Source: Actinomycetes bacterium
GTDB lineage: Bacteria; Actinomycetota; JAHEXW01
Assembly (NCBI GenBank): GCA_023251915.1
Contig: JAHEXW010000003.1
Location: forward strand, 11,033 to 75,032
Reading direction: 5' to 3'
DNA: 64,000 nt
Both the position numbers and the translations under genes were made by a program. Each line of letters begins with the position of its first letter. Position 1 is the stretch's first letter. This document shows, piece by piece, positions 9,477 to 17,797 of this stretch. The notes under the pieces were generated by a model, which was given only the letters and a program-made list of their open reading frames with translations, made no database searches and had not been told where the DNA came from.

Positions 9477-9711
9477 GGTTGTCCTTGGCCTTCTTGTCCT
9501 GGTCCTGGCGATAGGAACCCTTGCGATGGTTGTTCTGTCGCGGTCAGGTCCTGGACCTTCGATTGCTCTAGACCCTACCGGAAAGAGGATCCATATCACC
9601 GGAGGCATTCTGCCGCCCGGTTGCCGTTGTCACAGCATTGATAAGAAGGTCGTTGACGAGCACAAGAAGTACGGGATCACTGATTGCGCGAAGTGCCACC
9701 CGAAGAAGTAA
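9457..9711 (+). CDS. Membrane-anchored mini c-type cytochrome
   Basis: 84 aa, GTG start, basic N-terminus plus TM helix, CRCH and CAKCH motifs, extra His. Confidence 0.65.
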   Translation: MKKRATKVVLGLLVLVLAIGTLAMVVLSRSGPGPSIALDPTGKRIHITGGILPPGCRCHSIDKKVVDEHKKYGITDCAKCHPKK

Positions 9712-10021
9712 CCCGCAGAGCGACGCCCGAGGAAATGCCGGCCAACGCCGGCACGATCGCGAAGAACGAGACTAAAATGTTCGGCCGGCTGCTCTCTACA
9801 ATCGCGATGCCTAACCAAGGCGCTGCAATATAAGCGACTGGTATCCCCAGCCCCAGAATCAAACCCCACCGCCACGAATCTTTTGGCCACATAGCGCCCA
9901 GCACTAGCCCGGCAATCAGCAAAAAAGCCACTGTCGGCAACAATTGATCTTGTTTGATTTGAATAAACCCAGCCGCAGCCGCTCCGGCGACACTGGTTAT
10001 CCAAGGGGTTAGTTTATGCAT
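9677..10021 (-). CDS. Small membrane protein (114 aa, ~4 TM), probably leaderless
   Basis: MHKLTPWITSVAG...WRWGLILGLGIP...; TATAAT 6 nt upstream of ATG 10021. Confidence 0.65.
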   Translation of the reverse strand: MHKLTPWITSVAGAAAAGFIQIKQDQLLPTVAFLLIAGLVLGAMWPKDSWRWGLILGLGIPVAYIAAPWLGIAIVESSRPNILVSFFAIVPALAGISSGVALRVTSSGGTSRNQ

Positions 10022-10152
10022 GGAAGCATTATACCTTAGCGCCGGCGTTGTCTTGTTTCGTCTCAATTCCCGCGTTCTAGAAATCCCGGGACCCAGGATG
10101 ACATCTTCACGTTTGGCCTTGTTGCTATCGTTTCTCGGACGATCCCGCTTAT

Positions 10153-10209
10153 GTAGCTGCCAACCTTTAGGTCGGCAGCCGACTGCCGGTCTAAAAGACC
10201 GGCAGCTAC
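10153..10209. repeat. REPIN-like doublet of GTAG-family REP sequences
   Basis: GTAG-CTGCCAACC-TTTA-GGTCGGCAG, then in inverted orientation GTAG-CTGCCGGTCT-TTT-AGACCGGCAG. Confidence 0.7.
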
Positions 10210-10259
10210 ATTTTTGCACCCAAAAGCCAACGAAAAAGACTCTGCGAAGTCGTGATCTT

Positions 10260-10541
10260 GCGAGTGAGTGGTGCCCCCGGATTTTCTAGGTCGCGGCTCG
10301 TGCGTTCGCGGGTGAGTTTGCCGCGCCTGCCTGCCGGCAGGCAGGTCGCCCCTTTTTGACGAGCGAGTGTCTGCGCGGGTGATGCGACTGGGGGGACCCC
10401 CGATGCGCGTGCAGGCCACCAATCGGCGAGCACGCAGTGGGGGAAGTCTGTCGCGGCAGGACCCGCGCGTGATGCGAGTGAGTGGTGCCCCCGGATTTTC
10501 GAGGTTCGCGGCTCATGCGTTCGCGGGTGAGTTTGCCGCGC
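10260..10541. repeat. Two 67-68 bp direct repeats, each containing the tRNA-Arg 3' end
   Basis: 10260-10326 and 10474-10541 differ at 3 positions; both contain TGGTGCCCCCG (= 10648-10658); perfect 20-bp palindrome CCTGCCTGCCGGCAGGCAGG at 10326-10345. Confidence 0.85.
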
Positions 10542-10609
10542 TCATTCCATTCGCTCGCAATGACGAGCTTTTCGCGCCTGCCGGCGCGAACAGGTTCGAA
10601 CAGTAAAAG

Positions 10610-10652
10610 CACCATCTCGAAATCCTACTCTCAGCAGGACTTCGAGATGGTG
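10610..10652 (-). terminator. Intrinsic terminator overlapping the tRNA-Arg 3' end
   Basis: CACCATCTCGAA...TTCGAGATGGTG inverted repeat, followed by CTTTT on the minus strand. Confidence 0.7.
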
Positions 10653-10724
10653 CCCCCGACAGGATTCGAACCTGTGGCCTACCGCTTAGGAGGCGGTCGC
10701 TCTATCCAACTGAGCTACGAGGGC
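10648..10724 (-). tRNA. tRNA-Arg(CCT)
   Basis: GCCCTCGTAGCTCAGTTGGATAGAGCGACCGCCT-CCT-AAGCGGTAGGCCACAGGTTCGAATCCTGTCGGGGGCACCA; full cloverleaf, encoded CCA. Confidence 0.97.
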
Positions 10725-10774
10725 AAGAAACGTGCATTGCGATCTGCCGGGAAGGGGCGCGGCAATCTGACTTA

Positions 10775-11719
10775 CTATCTTTTCAGCGCGGCCACGATTA
10801 TTTTGCCGATGAGATCGGTAAAATCGACGCCGGCGTGGGCGGCGGCCATCGGGAAAAGGGACGTCTCCGTCAATCCCGGGATGGTATTTAGTTCAAGCAC
10901 ATATGGCGTATCAGTTTTAGCTTCGACGATGAAATCGACGCGCGAGAAATCACGGCAACCGAGCGCTTTGTGCGCCTGCAAAGCCAGGCTCTGCACCTTC
11001 TTGGCCAACTCGTCTGGCAGGCGGGCCGGTATGAAGTACTCGGTCGCGCCCATCGTGTACATCGCTTGGAAATCGAAATGGCCTTTCTTCGGTGTGATCT
11101 CGACGGGCGGCAGGGCCCGCGCTCGTTCCGCGCCCAAGACGCTGACCGCGACTTCCTTGCCGCGGACGAACTTTTCCAGTATGACTTTGTCCCCATAGGA
11201 GAACGCGCCCAAAAGGGCGGCGGTGATATCTTCTTCTTTTTGCACGAAATTGACGCCTTGCGCCGAACCCTGGCTGGACGGTTTGATCACGAGCGGCAGG
11301 CCCAGGCGGGCGATAATGTCTTTAACCACGTTGGCCGCGCCCAGTTCCTTGACGGCGCCCGTCGACAGAGCGATGAAATCCGGAGTCGGGATGCCTTCCC
11401 GCAAGAAAATGTCTTTAGACAGAGACTTATCCATTCCCAGGACGCTGGCCAGGACACCGCTGCCTGTATAGGGAAGGCCCATAGCTTCCAGGAGACCCTG
11501 GATGGCGCCGTCCTCGCCGAAACGGCCGTGCAGGGCGATGAAGCACAAGTCGGGCTGTTCTTGACGGAGATGGTTGACGATGTGTTCATCGACATCCAGG
11601 CTGACCACCCGGTAGCCCAATGCCTTGGCGGCTGTGGCGACCCGTTTTCCGCTCTGGAAGGAGATGTCTCGCTCCAGTGAATGTCCGCCCATCAGCACGG
11701 CGATCTTCGGTTTCATCAA
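10775..11719 (-). CDS. ddl: D-alanine--D-alanine ligase
   Basis: IAVLMGGHSLERDISFQSG, ALHGRFGEDG, YTGSGVLAS, MDK, VIKP, CRDFSRVDF, ELNTIPGLT. Confidence 0.95.
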   Translation of the reverse strand: MMKPKIAVLMGGHSLERDISFQSGKRVATAAKALGYRVVSLDVDEHIVNHLRQEQPDLCFIALHGRFGEDGAIQGLLEAMGLPYTGSGVLASVLGMDKSLSKDIFLREGIPTPDFIALSTGAVKELGAANVVKDIIARLGLPLVIKPSSQGSAQGVNFVQKEEDITAALLGAFSYGDKVILEKFVRGKEVAVSVLGAERARALPPVEITPKKGHFDFQAMYTMGATEYFIPARLPDELAKKVQSLALQAHKALGCRDFSRVDFIVEAKTDTPYVLELNTIPGLTETSLFPMAAAHAGVDFTDLIGKIIVAALKR

Positions 11720-11726
11720 CAGCCTC

Positions 11727-12980
11727 CTAGAGTTTCAAGCTTCGGTAGAGTTCCATCTCTTGTTCGACGACCTCGGCCAACCGCCGCACGCCCTCCCTGA
11801 TGTCGCTCTCTTTCATGAATGAATAGTTCAGCCGCATGCAGTTGCGGCCTGTGCCGTCGGCGAAAAATGCCTTGCCCGGAACGTAGGCGACCTTCTGTTC
11901 TACCGCTTTAGCCAGCATGTTGGTCGTGTCTAGATATTCCGGGAGAGTGACCCAGACAAAGAAACCGCCTTTCGGCTTGGTCCATTTTACGCCGCGTGGG
12001 AAGTATTCCTCGCAGGCGTTGAGCATCTTATCCCGGCGTTTGATGTAGATGCCGATCAGCTTCTTAAGATGCGTTTTCATGTCAGTTTCCGCGAAATAAG
12101 CAGTCACGACCCGTTGCGTGAGGCTGGAACTGCACAGATCGGCGGCTTGCTTGGCGAAAATCAGTTTCTCGCGGATCGGACGCGGCGCCACAACCCAACC
12201 AACCCGCAGACCGGGCGACAGGATCTTGGAAAAAGTACCGAGATAGACGACGTTGTCGGGATCCAGCGTCTTAATTGACGCCAGCGGTTCTTCCTCGAAC
12301 GACAAACGCCGGTAGGCGTTATCCTCAACTATCAGTGTGTTGTATGCGCGGGCCAGTTTGACAAGTTTTTTGCGCCGGGCCAATGACATGGTCCCGCCGC
12401 TCGGGTTCTGGAAGCTCGGAATGACATAGATGAACCGGGGAGTAATCCCGCGCTTCTTTAGTTGCTCCAACTCTTCCGCGACCTTGTCGATCTTTAGGCC
12501 GTTGTCATCGCACTCGATCTGGATTATGTTGGCTTGATAGCTAAGAAACGCGTTTAAGGCCCCGACGTAGCTTGGCGCCTCGGCGATAATTGTGTCGCCG
12601 GGGTTGACGAATATCTTCCCAACCAACTCAAGACCCTGCTGGGACCCGTCGGTGATGACGATATCGTCGGGTGTGCATGCCACATCCTCGTCGGCCATAA
12701 ACTTGGTCAGCCATACACGCAGCGGTTCGTAGCCTTCCGATGAGCCATAGTTTAGCGGCGCCGGGCCGTCTTTCATGATTTCGCCTAGGATGCGAGACAT
12801 TTTGTCCAGATTCAGCGCTTTGGTATAGGGAGCGCCGCCCGCCAGCGCGATGATGTCGGGCCGCTCTGTGACAGCCAGCAGGTCGCGGACCTCGCTCGAG
12901 CGCATCGACTCGGTTCGGTCCGAGTATAGGTGTTGCCACTTATCAAAAAACAGTTCCTGGGATGATTGCTGGTCTTTCAC
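11727..12980 (-). CDS. PLP-dependent aminotransferase class I/II (probable GTG start at 12980)
   Basis: ITDGSQQGL, EAPSYVGA, YVIPSFQNPSG, EDNAY, GTFSKILSPGLRVGW; no HTH domain. Confidence 0.9.
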   Translation of the reverse strand: MKDQQSSQELFFDKWQHLYSDRTESMRSSEVRDLLAVTERPDIIALAGGAPYTKALNLDKMSRILGEIMKDGPAPLNYGSSEGYEPLRVWLTKFMADEDVACTPDDIVITDGSQQGLELVGKIFVNPGDTIIAEAPSYVGALNAFLSYQANIIQIECDDNGLKIDKVAEELEQLKKRGITPRFIYVIPSFQNPSGGTMSLARRKKLVKLARAYNTLIVEDNAYRRLSFEEEPLASIKTLDPDNVVYLGTFSKILSPGLRVGWVVAPRPIREKLIFAKQAADLCSSSLTQRVVTAYFAETDMKTHLKKLIGIYIKRRDKMLNACEEYFPRGVKWTKPKGGFFVWVTLPEYLDTTNMLAKAVEQKVAYVPGKAFFADGTGRNCMRLNYSFMKESDIREGVRRLAEVVEQEMELYRSLKL

Positions 12981-13125
12981 CTGTTCACCTGTAGTTTGCG
13001 GGGCATTTATGTAAAGCATCATTATACTATACTTTTCCATATTGCTTATCTTTAAACGCAGGATTAGAATGAAACATACAGGTCAATGAGGGCAAGTTCG
13101 TTAGCAATTCAAGGAGGCAAGCGTT

Positions 13126-13452
13126 ATGTCTGATAGTGGTGGAGATTTTTACAGTTTTCTGGGCGGGCTGCTTTTCGGAGCGGTCGCCGGCGCTGTGGCG
13201 GGTATGTTGTTGGCCCCGAAATCCGGGGTTGAGACGCGGCGTGAATTGAAAGAGAAAGCGGAAGAGGTCTACGATCGCGGCCGCGAAATGTACGCGGAGC
13301 AGCGCGACAGGCTCGATGAAGCTATTGAGTCCGGCAAAGAAGCCCTTACGTCCAAGACTGAAGAGCTGAAATCAAAGCTAGAGGAAGGCGCAGCCATTCT
13401 GCGGAAAGCCGAGACCAAACCGGCAACCGGCGGGGGCAAAGCCTCCAAATAA
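13126..13452 (+). CDS. YtxH-domain protein
   Basis: FLGGLLFGAVAGAVAGMLLAPKSGVETRREL plus coiled coil; GGAGG RBS. Confidence 0.9.
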   Translation: MSDSGGDFYSFLGGLLFGAVAGAVAGMLLAPKSGVETRRELKEKAEEVYDRGREMYAEQRDRLDEAIESGKEALTSKTEELKSKLEEGAAILRKAETKPATGGGKASK

Positions 13453-13458
13453 AGGCTT

Positions 13459-14022
13459 ATGGCCAAAAAGATCGCTGCGCTGTCTCCAGCCAATCTTGCC
13501 GACATCCCCGAACCCTGCGGCAATTGCCGCCAATGGGACCTGGAGACGCGCGGCATCGTCAACCGTCTATTGCGTGAATGGGGACCCTGCGGATTCTTGG
13601 CTTACGAGGACAAACGTCCGGTCGGTTTCACCATCTTCGGTCCGCCGGCATTCTTTCCCAAGAGCGGGCTCTTCGCAGCGGGCCCGATCAGCTCGGACGC
13701 GATATTCATCGCTTGCGTTTTTGTCGAGCCGAACTTCAGGATGAGCGGACTAGGCAAACGCCTGGTGCAGGCGCTCGCCAAAGAGGGTCACCGCCGTGAA
13801 TTTATCGCTTTGGAGGCATTCGCCGGCCGAGACGCCGACCGGCCTCCCGCTGTGCCGGTGGATTTCTTCCTAAAAGAAGGCTTTTTTGTTCTGCGTGACG
13901 ATCGGCGGCACCCGCTGGTAAGACTTGAGATAAAGAGCCTCGCGACCTGGTCGGCCAAGGCCGAGCAGGCGTTAGAGATACTAACCGCCCGGCAGTCGGC
14001 ACCGGCCAAGGCGCCGCTGTAA
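13459..14022 (+). CDS. GNAT-like acetyltransferase (actinobacterial type)
   Basis: PEPCGNCRQW, WGPCG, FIACVFVEPNFRMSGLGKRLV acetyl-CoA motif. Confidence 0.75.
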   Translation: MAKKIAALSPANLADIPEPCGNCRQWDLETRGIVNRLLREWGPCGFLAYEDKRPVGFTIFGPPAFFPKSGLFAAGPISSDAIFIACVFVEPNFRMSGLGKRLVQALAKEGHRREFIALEAFAGRDADRPPAVPVDFFLKEGFFVLRDDRRHPLVRLEIKSLATWSAKAEQALEILTARQSAPAKAPL

Positions 14023-14052
14023 TTCATCGCCAACGTGTGAGAAAGGACCATA

Positions 14053-14907
14053 TTGAACAAGCAAAACCACCGGGGTCTGGCAGCCGCACGTGTCGGTCTT
14101 TTTGCCATAGCCTATGTCGCCGCTCTCTTCGCGATCAGCGTCTTTTCCCGTTTTCTTCCCCAGATAATTTCTACCTCAGGTTTGTTGCTGCTAACGGTTA
14201 TTGTGCCACCGCTGCTGGCCATCGGTTGGCGTGTTTTCTGGGACCGCAAACCAATTGTCACTTTGGGGCTCCAGCCCGTTCGGACGTGGGTGGCCGAGGC
14301 CGTCGCCGGTTTTGCCGTGGCCGCTGTCTTAGTTGTCGGAATCTTTGCGACTTTGGGAGCGGGCGGCTGGTTGACCTGGCGCGTACATCTGGCCGGTCGT
14401 ATGACCAGCCCGATTTTGATTGCTTTGATAATCTATCTGTTCTTGGCCGCTTTATTGGTCGCGGTCAGCGAGGAGTTCGTCTTCCGCGGTTACGTCCTGC
14501 GCACCGTTTTGAACGATTGGGGCGCGCCCGTCGGTATCGCCGTATCGGCGGTGTTGTTCGGCTTGGCACACGCGTTCAATCCGGGTTTCAATTGGCTGGT
14601 CGGTGTTAATCTAGGCTTGGCTGGCGCGTTGATGGGTTACGCCGCTGTCGTCTATAAGAACCTCTGGTGGCCGATCGGGTTCCACTTGGCCTGGAATTTC
14701 TTCGAGGGCCCTGTTCTTGGGATGCCGGTCAGCGGTCTAAGTCCGTTGAGTGTCAGCCTTTTCTCCACCAAAATTGACGGACCGGCCTGGCTGGTCGGAG
14801 GCGCCTTCGGTCCAGAGGGCGGCGTCGCTGCCACGGTTGCCCTTCTCTTGGGCGTCGGTTGGTTGTGGTTCTTGGACAGACGCCGAAGGGCGGCTGGCCA
14901 TGCCTGA
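14053..14907 (+). CDS. CPBP (Abi/CAAX) intramembrane metalloprotease
   Basis: SEEFVFRGY, LFGLAH, PIGFHLAWN, GAFGPEGG. Confidence 0.92.
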   Translation: MNKQNHRGLAAARVGLFAIAYVAALFAISVFSRFLPQIISTSGLLLLTVIVPPLLAIGWRVFWDRKPIVTLGLQPVRTWVAEAVAGFAVAAVLVVGIFATLGAGGWLTWRVHLAGRMTSPILIALIIYLFLAALLVAVSEEFVFRGYVLRTVLNDWGAPVGIAVSAVLFGLAHAFNPGFNWLVGVNLGLAGALMGYAAVVYKNLWWPIGFHLAWNFFEGPVLGMPVSGLSPLSVSLFSTKIDGPAWLVGGAFGPEGGVAATVALLLGVGWLWFLDRRRRAAGHA

Positions 14908-15733
14908 GTTGCCCGAAGTCGAGACCGTTGCCCGCGATCTGGCGGAGAAGATAGTCGGTCGTTCGATCGCCGGTTTCTGGACGGATAATCCCGCAATGCT
15001 GCGCGGCAAGCCGGCGGCCGAATTTGCCTACGCCATCAATGGCGCTCGCTTGGCCGCCGTTAACCGGCGCGGCAAACAACTACTGCTTAATCTGTCGAAC
15101 GGTTTAACTCTTGTCATTCATCTCAAGATGACTGGGCAGTTGCTGGTGATGCCGACAGGTTCGCCAGTGCAACAATGGACGCACGCGATCGTAGAGCTGG
15201 ACGGCGGAATCGACTTGAGGTTTCGCGACATCCGCAAGTTTGGCTACTTTGACCTTGTTGAAACCGAGCGGATTGGGACGACGGGCGAAAAGATGCCGGG
15301 CTTGGGGCCTGAGCCTCTGGATCGCGGCTTCACCAAGGGTGTATTTGACTGGTCCATCAAGCGGCACCCGCACGCCAAGATAAAAGCCCTTTTGATGAAT
15401 CAGTCGTTCCTGGCTGGAATCGGTAATATCTATGCGGACGAGGCGCTATATTACGCGGGAGTCCGTCCGACGCGCCCAGCCGGCCGTTTGACGGCCGCGG
15501 AGCGCGACCGGCTCTACACAGGCATACGCCGCATTCTTACCGACGCGATTGAGAAGAGAGGCACGACTTTTTCCACCTTCGTTGACGCGTCTGGTCAGCC
15601 CGGCGGTTATGTTTCCTCACTCAAGGTCTACGGACGCACTGGGGAACCGTGTGTCAAGCGCGGGTGCGGAACGGTTAAGAAAGTGAAAGTCGCCGGCCGC
15701 TCAAGCCACTATTGCCCGAAATGCCAGAAGTAA
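14900..15733 (+). CDS. mutM: Formamidopyrimidine-DNA glycosylase
   Basis: MPELPEVET, RRGKQL, HLKMTG, DIRKFG, GIGNIYADE, C-terminal zinc finger ending CPKCQ. Confidence 0.96.
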   Translation: MPELPEVETVARDLAEKIVGRSIAGFWTDNPAMLRGKPAAEFAYAINGARLAAVNRRGKQLLLNLSNGLTLVIHLKMTGQLLVMPTGSPVQQWTHAIVELDGGIDLRFRDIRKFGYFDLVETERIGTTGEKMPGLGPEPLDRGFTKGVFDWSIKRHPHAKIKALLMNQSFLAGIGNIYADEALYYAGVRPTRPAGRLTAAERDRLYTGIRRILTDAIEKRGTTFSTFVDASGQPGGYVSSLKVYGRTGEPCVKRGCGTVKKVKVAGRSSHYCPKCQK

Positions 15734-15737
15734 TATA

Positions 15738-15832
15738 AAGTACGAAGTGCACAGAGAACACAAGGAGCACGAGGATGACATGGGGGCAAGGGCAGGTCTT
15801 ACGGCCATGTCGTCCTTGTACTCTTTGTAATC
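15738..15832. repeat. Hairpin element made of 9-nt periodic units
   Basis: (GARYACRAR)n-GAYGACATG arms in inverted orientation; related copies at 46999-47046, 47488-47535, 50987-51022. Confidence 0.7.
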
Positions 15833-15875
15833 TGATAGTTTGACAACAACGTAGTGGACACAAAAAGGGGGCTTT

Positions 15876-16394
15876 ATGAATCTGAAGGCAGGGTTGAGTA
15901 TTGTCGCCGCGCTTGCACTGAGCGGCGTAATGGTCGCGGGCTGTTGTTTGCCAAGCGGCCTGAGCAGCAGAATCGGCGACGAGGTCGGGAAGTCGGTAGA
16001 GTCGAACGTTAAGAAAAGCATCGAGGACAGCACAAACACAAAGATCGATACAACCAAGACCAAGGAAGTAACCGGCGAAGATCTAAAGTCGGTCCCGCGC
16101 TATCCTGACTCGACTCGTACGCTATATATCAAAGGGGAGCCGATCAGCGGTAACGTCAGCATCAGCCTCACTTACGAAACGAAGGACGCAGCGGCCAAGG
16201 TCGCCAGCTGGTACAAGGACAAAATGGCCGGTTTGGGTTGGACCGTTGTTTTGACAGTCGCAGGCCAGGACGGTGGCGAGATGATCTCTTATAAGAAAGA
16301 GGGAACCGAGACGACCGCCACGGTTAATATAACCAGAAGCAGCGATGTGACGGATATCGGGATAATGTATAACGGTGCGGAATCAGGCGCGTAG
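15876..16394 (+). CDS. Lipoprotein of unknown function
   Basis: Signal peptide with lipobox VAGC; PRYPDS...YETKD...WYKDKM..GW. Confidence 0.8.
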   Translation: MNLKAGLSIVAALALSGVMVAGCCLPSGLSSRIGDEVGKSVESNVKKSIEDSTNTKIDTTKTKEVTGEDLKSVPRYPDSTRTLYIKGEPISGNVSISLTYETKDAAAKVASWYKDKMAGLGWTVVLTVAGQDGGEMISYKKEGTETTATVNITRSSDVTDIGIMYNGAESGA

Positions 16395-16403
16395 ACGTAA
16401 AAG

Positions 16404-16931
16404 CTAGGGTCTGATTATCTGTTTGTCGGTAACTAGAATGTGGAGGCGCAGGTCGTGCGGTTCATCTGGGATGTTCTGCACGACCTGTTCTTCGTAAGCT
16501 AAACCCGCCAACTTCACGTCGGGCCGCAGTTTAGTGATGAAGCGGTCGTACCATCCGCCGCCATATCCTAACCGCAAACCGTTGGCGTCGAACGCCAAAC
16601 CCGGGATCAGAACCAGATCCGCCTCGACGGCCTCGACCCGTTTCACGATCGACCCCGTTACCTCCAGTAGGCCGAAATGATCCGGAATCAGCACCAGCTT
16701 GCCGTCGTTGGCCGCGGCGCTCATGATTCCGGCGGCGTCGACCTCGCTGCCAAACGCGACATAGGCCATCACGGCATGGGCGGTTCGAAACTCAGGCAAC
16801 GAGATTACCGCCGCAGTAATCGCCGCGTTCTTGGCGGTTCTGGCGCCTTCGCCCAACGAATCGCGCGCCTCGCGCATCGCCAGACGGACCTTTGTTTTCT
16901 CTACCGCGGCCAGCTCATCTTCGAAATCCAT
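16404..16931 (-). CDS. 5-formyltetrahydrofolate cyclo-ligase
   Basis: KxxLR, YVAFGSEV, DLVLIPGLAFDANGLRLGYGGGWYDR, EPHD. Confidence 0.93.
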   Translation of the reverse strand: MDFEDELAAVEKTKVRLAMREARDSLGEGARTAKNAAITAAVISLPEFRTAHAVMAYVAFGSEVDAAGIMSAAANDGKLVLIPDHFGLLEVTGSIVKRVEAVEADLVLIPGLAFDANGLRLGYGGGWYDRFITKLRPDVKLAGLAYEEQVVQNIPDEPHDLRLHILVTDKQIIRP

Positions 16932-16968
16932 ACGCCAACTCTAACATAAAACCTGGTATCATCTTGTC

Positions 16969-17457
16969 ATGAGAATCGGCGTAATATCTGACACCCACAT
17001 ACCAAGCGTTACCGACCGGTTGCCGGAGCGCGTCTTCGCGGAGTTTCGCGGCGCGGACTTGATTTTGCACGCCGGCGATATGGTTTCCTTGTCGGTGTTG
17101 GAGGCTCTGGAGAAGCTCACAAAGGTTGAAGCGGTCTGCGGCAACATGGACCATCTGGACGTATGCAGCACGCTGCCAGCTAAACGGATCATTGAGGCCG
17201 GCAAGTTCCGAATCGGGCTGACACACGGATTTGGTGCTCCGAACGGCCTAGTCGAGTGGGTAAAGGACCAATTCATTGGGGATAAAGTTGACGCTATTGT
17301 CTTCGGGCATAGCCATCACGCCATGAATGAGGTCATTGACGGAGTCCTGTTCTTTAATCCAGGCACGGCGACCGACCGCCGCTTCTCCCACGAACTGTCG
17401 ATCGGCATGCTGGAGGTCGACGACACCAGCATCACCGGCACCATCATTCCTCTCTAG
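16969..17457 (+). CDS. YfcE/MJ0936-family metallophosphoesterase
   Basis: ISDTH, HAGD, GNMD, THG, FGHSH, FNPG. Confidence 0.92.
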   Translation: MRIGVISDTHIPSVTDRLPERVFAEFRGADLILHAGDMVSLSVLEALEKLTKVEAVCGNMDHLDVCSTLPAKRIIEAGKFRIGLTHGFGAPNGLVEWVKDQFIGDKVDAIVFGHSHHAMNEVIDGVLFFNPGTATDRRFSHELSIGMLEVDDTSITGTIIPL

Positions 17458-17498
17458 AGGCAGATTGTCCAAGTTATTCCAGCACGACGATCCGCGTT

Positions 17499-17527
17499 TT
17501 GACATCCATATAAACATGCGCTAATAT
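17499..17527 (+). promoter_or_regulatory. Sigma-70 promoter of the AbrB-ABC exporter operon
   Basis: TTGACA, 17 nt, TAATAT; followed by the direct repeat GTATAGGTT/GTATAAGTT (possible operator). Confidence 0.6.
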
Positions 17528-17569
17528 GTGTATAGGTTGTATAAGTTGGAAAAGTAAGAGGAGTGTGAA

Positions 17570-17797
17570 ATGAGAAGGCCTATTTTTTACGGCAGCACGA
17601 CTATCAGCGACAAAGGCCAGGTCGTCATACCAGTCGAGGCCAGGAACGCCTTAAAGTTAGAGAAGGGCGAGAAACTTTTGGTCATGGGAATGCACGGCGA
17701 CGCGATCATGCTTATGAAACTGTCCGGCTTTCAAAAGATGTCGGAGGAAATGGCCATGCGGCAGAAAGAGCTGGACAAAGTATTAAAGGACATCTAG
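17570..17797 (+). CDS. AbrB/MazE/SpoVT-family DNA-binding protein
   Basis: STTISDKGQVVIPVEARNALKLEKGEKL. Confidence 0.9.
   Translation: MRRPIFYGSTTISDKGQVVIPVEARNALKLEKGEKLLVMGMHGDAIMLMKLSGFQKMSEEMAMRQKELDKVLKDI

Noticed and set aside
10260-10541. Possible CRISPR array
   Set aside because: Only two copies, 67-68 bp long with a ~147-bp spacer, no cas genes; the repeats contain a tRNA 3' end instead.
10020-11198. Several overlapping ORFs across the repeat/tRNA region (e.g. 10063-10422, 10286-10615, 10482-11198)
   Set aside because: They cross palindromic repeats, a tRNA or the antisense strand of ddl; Arg/Ser/Pro-rich with no motifs or RBS.
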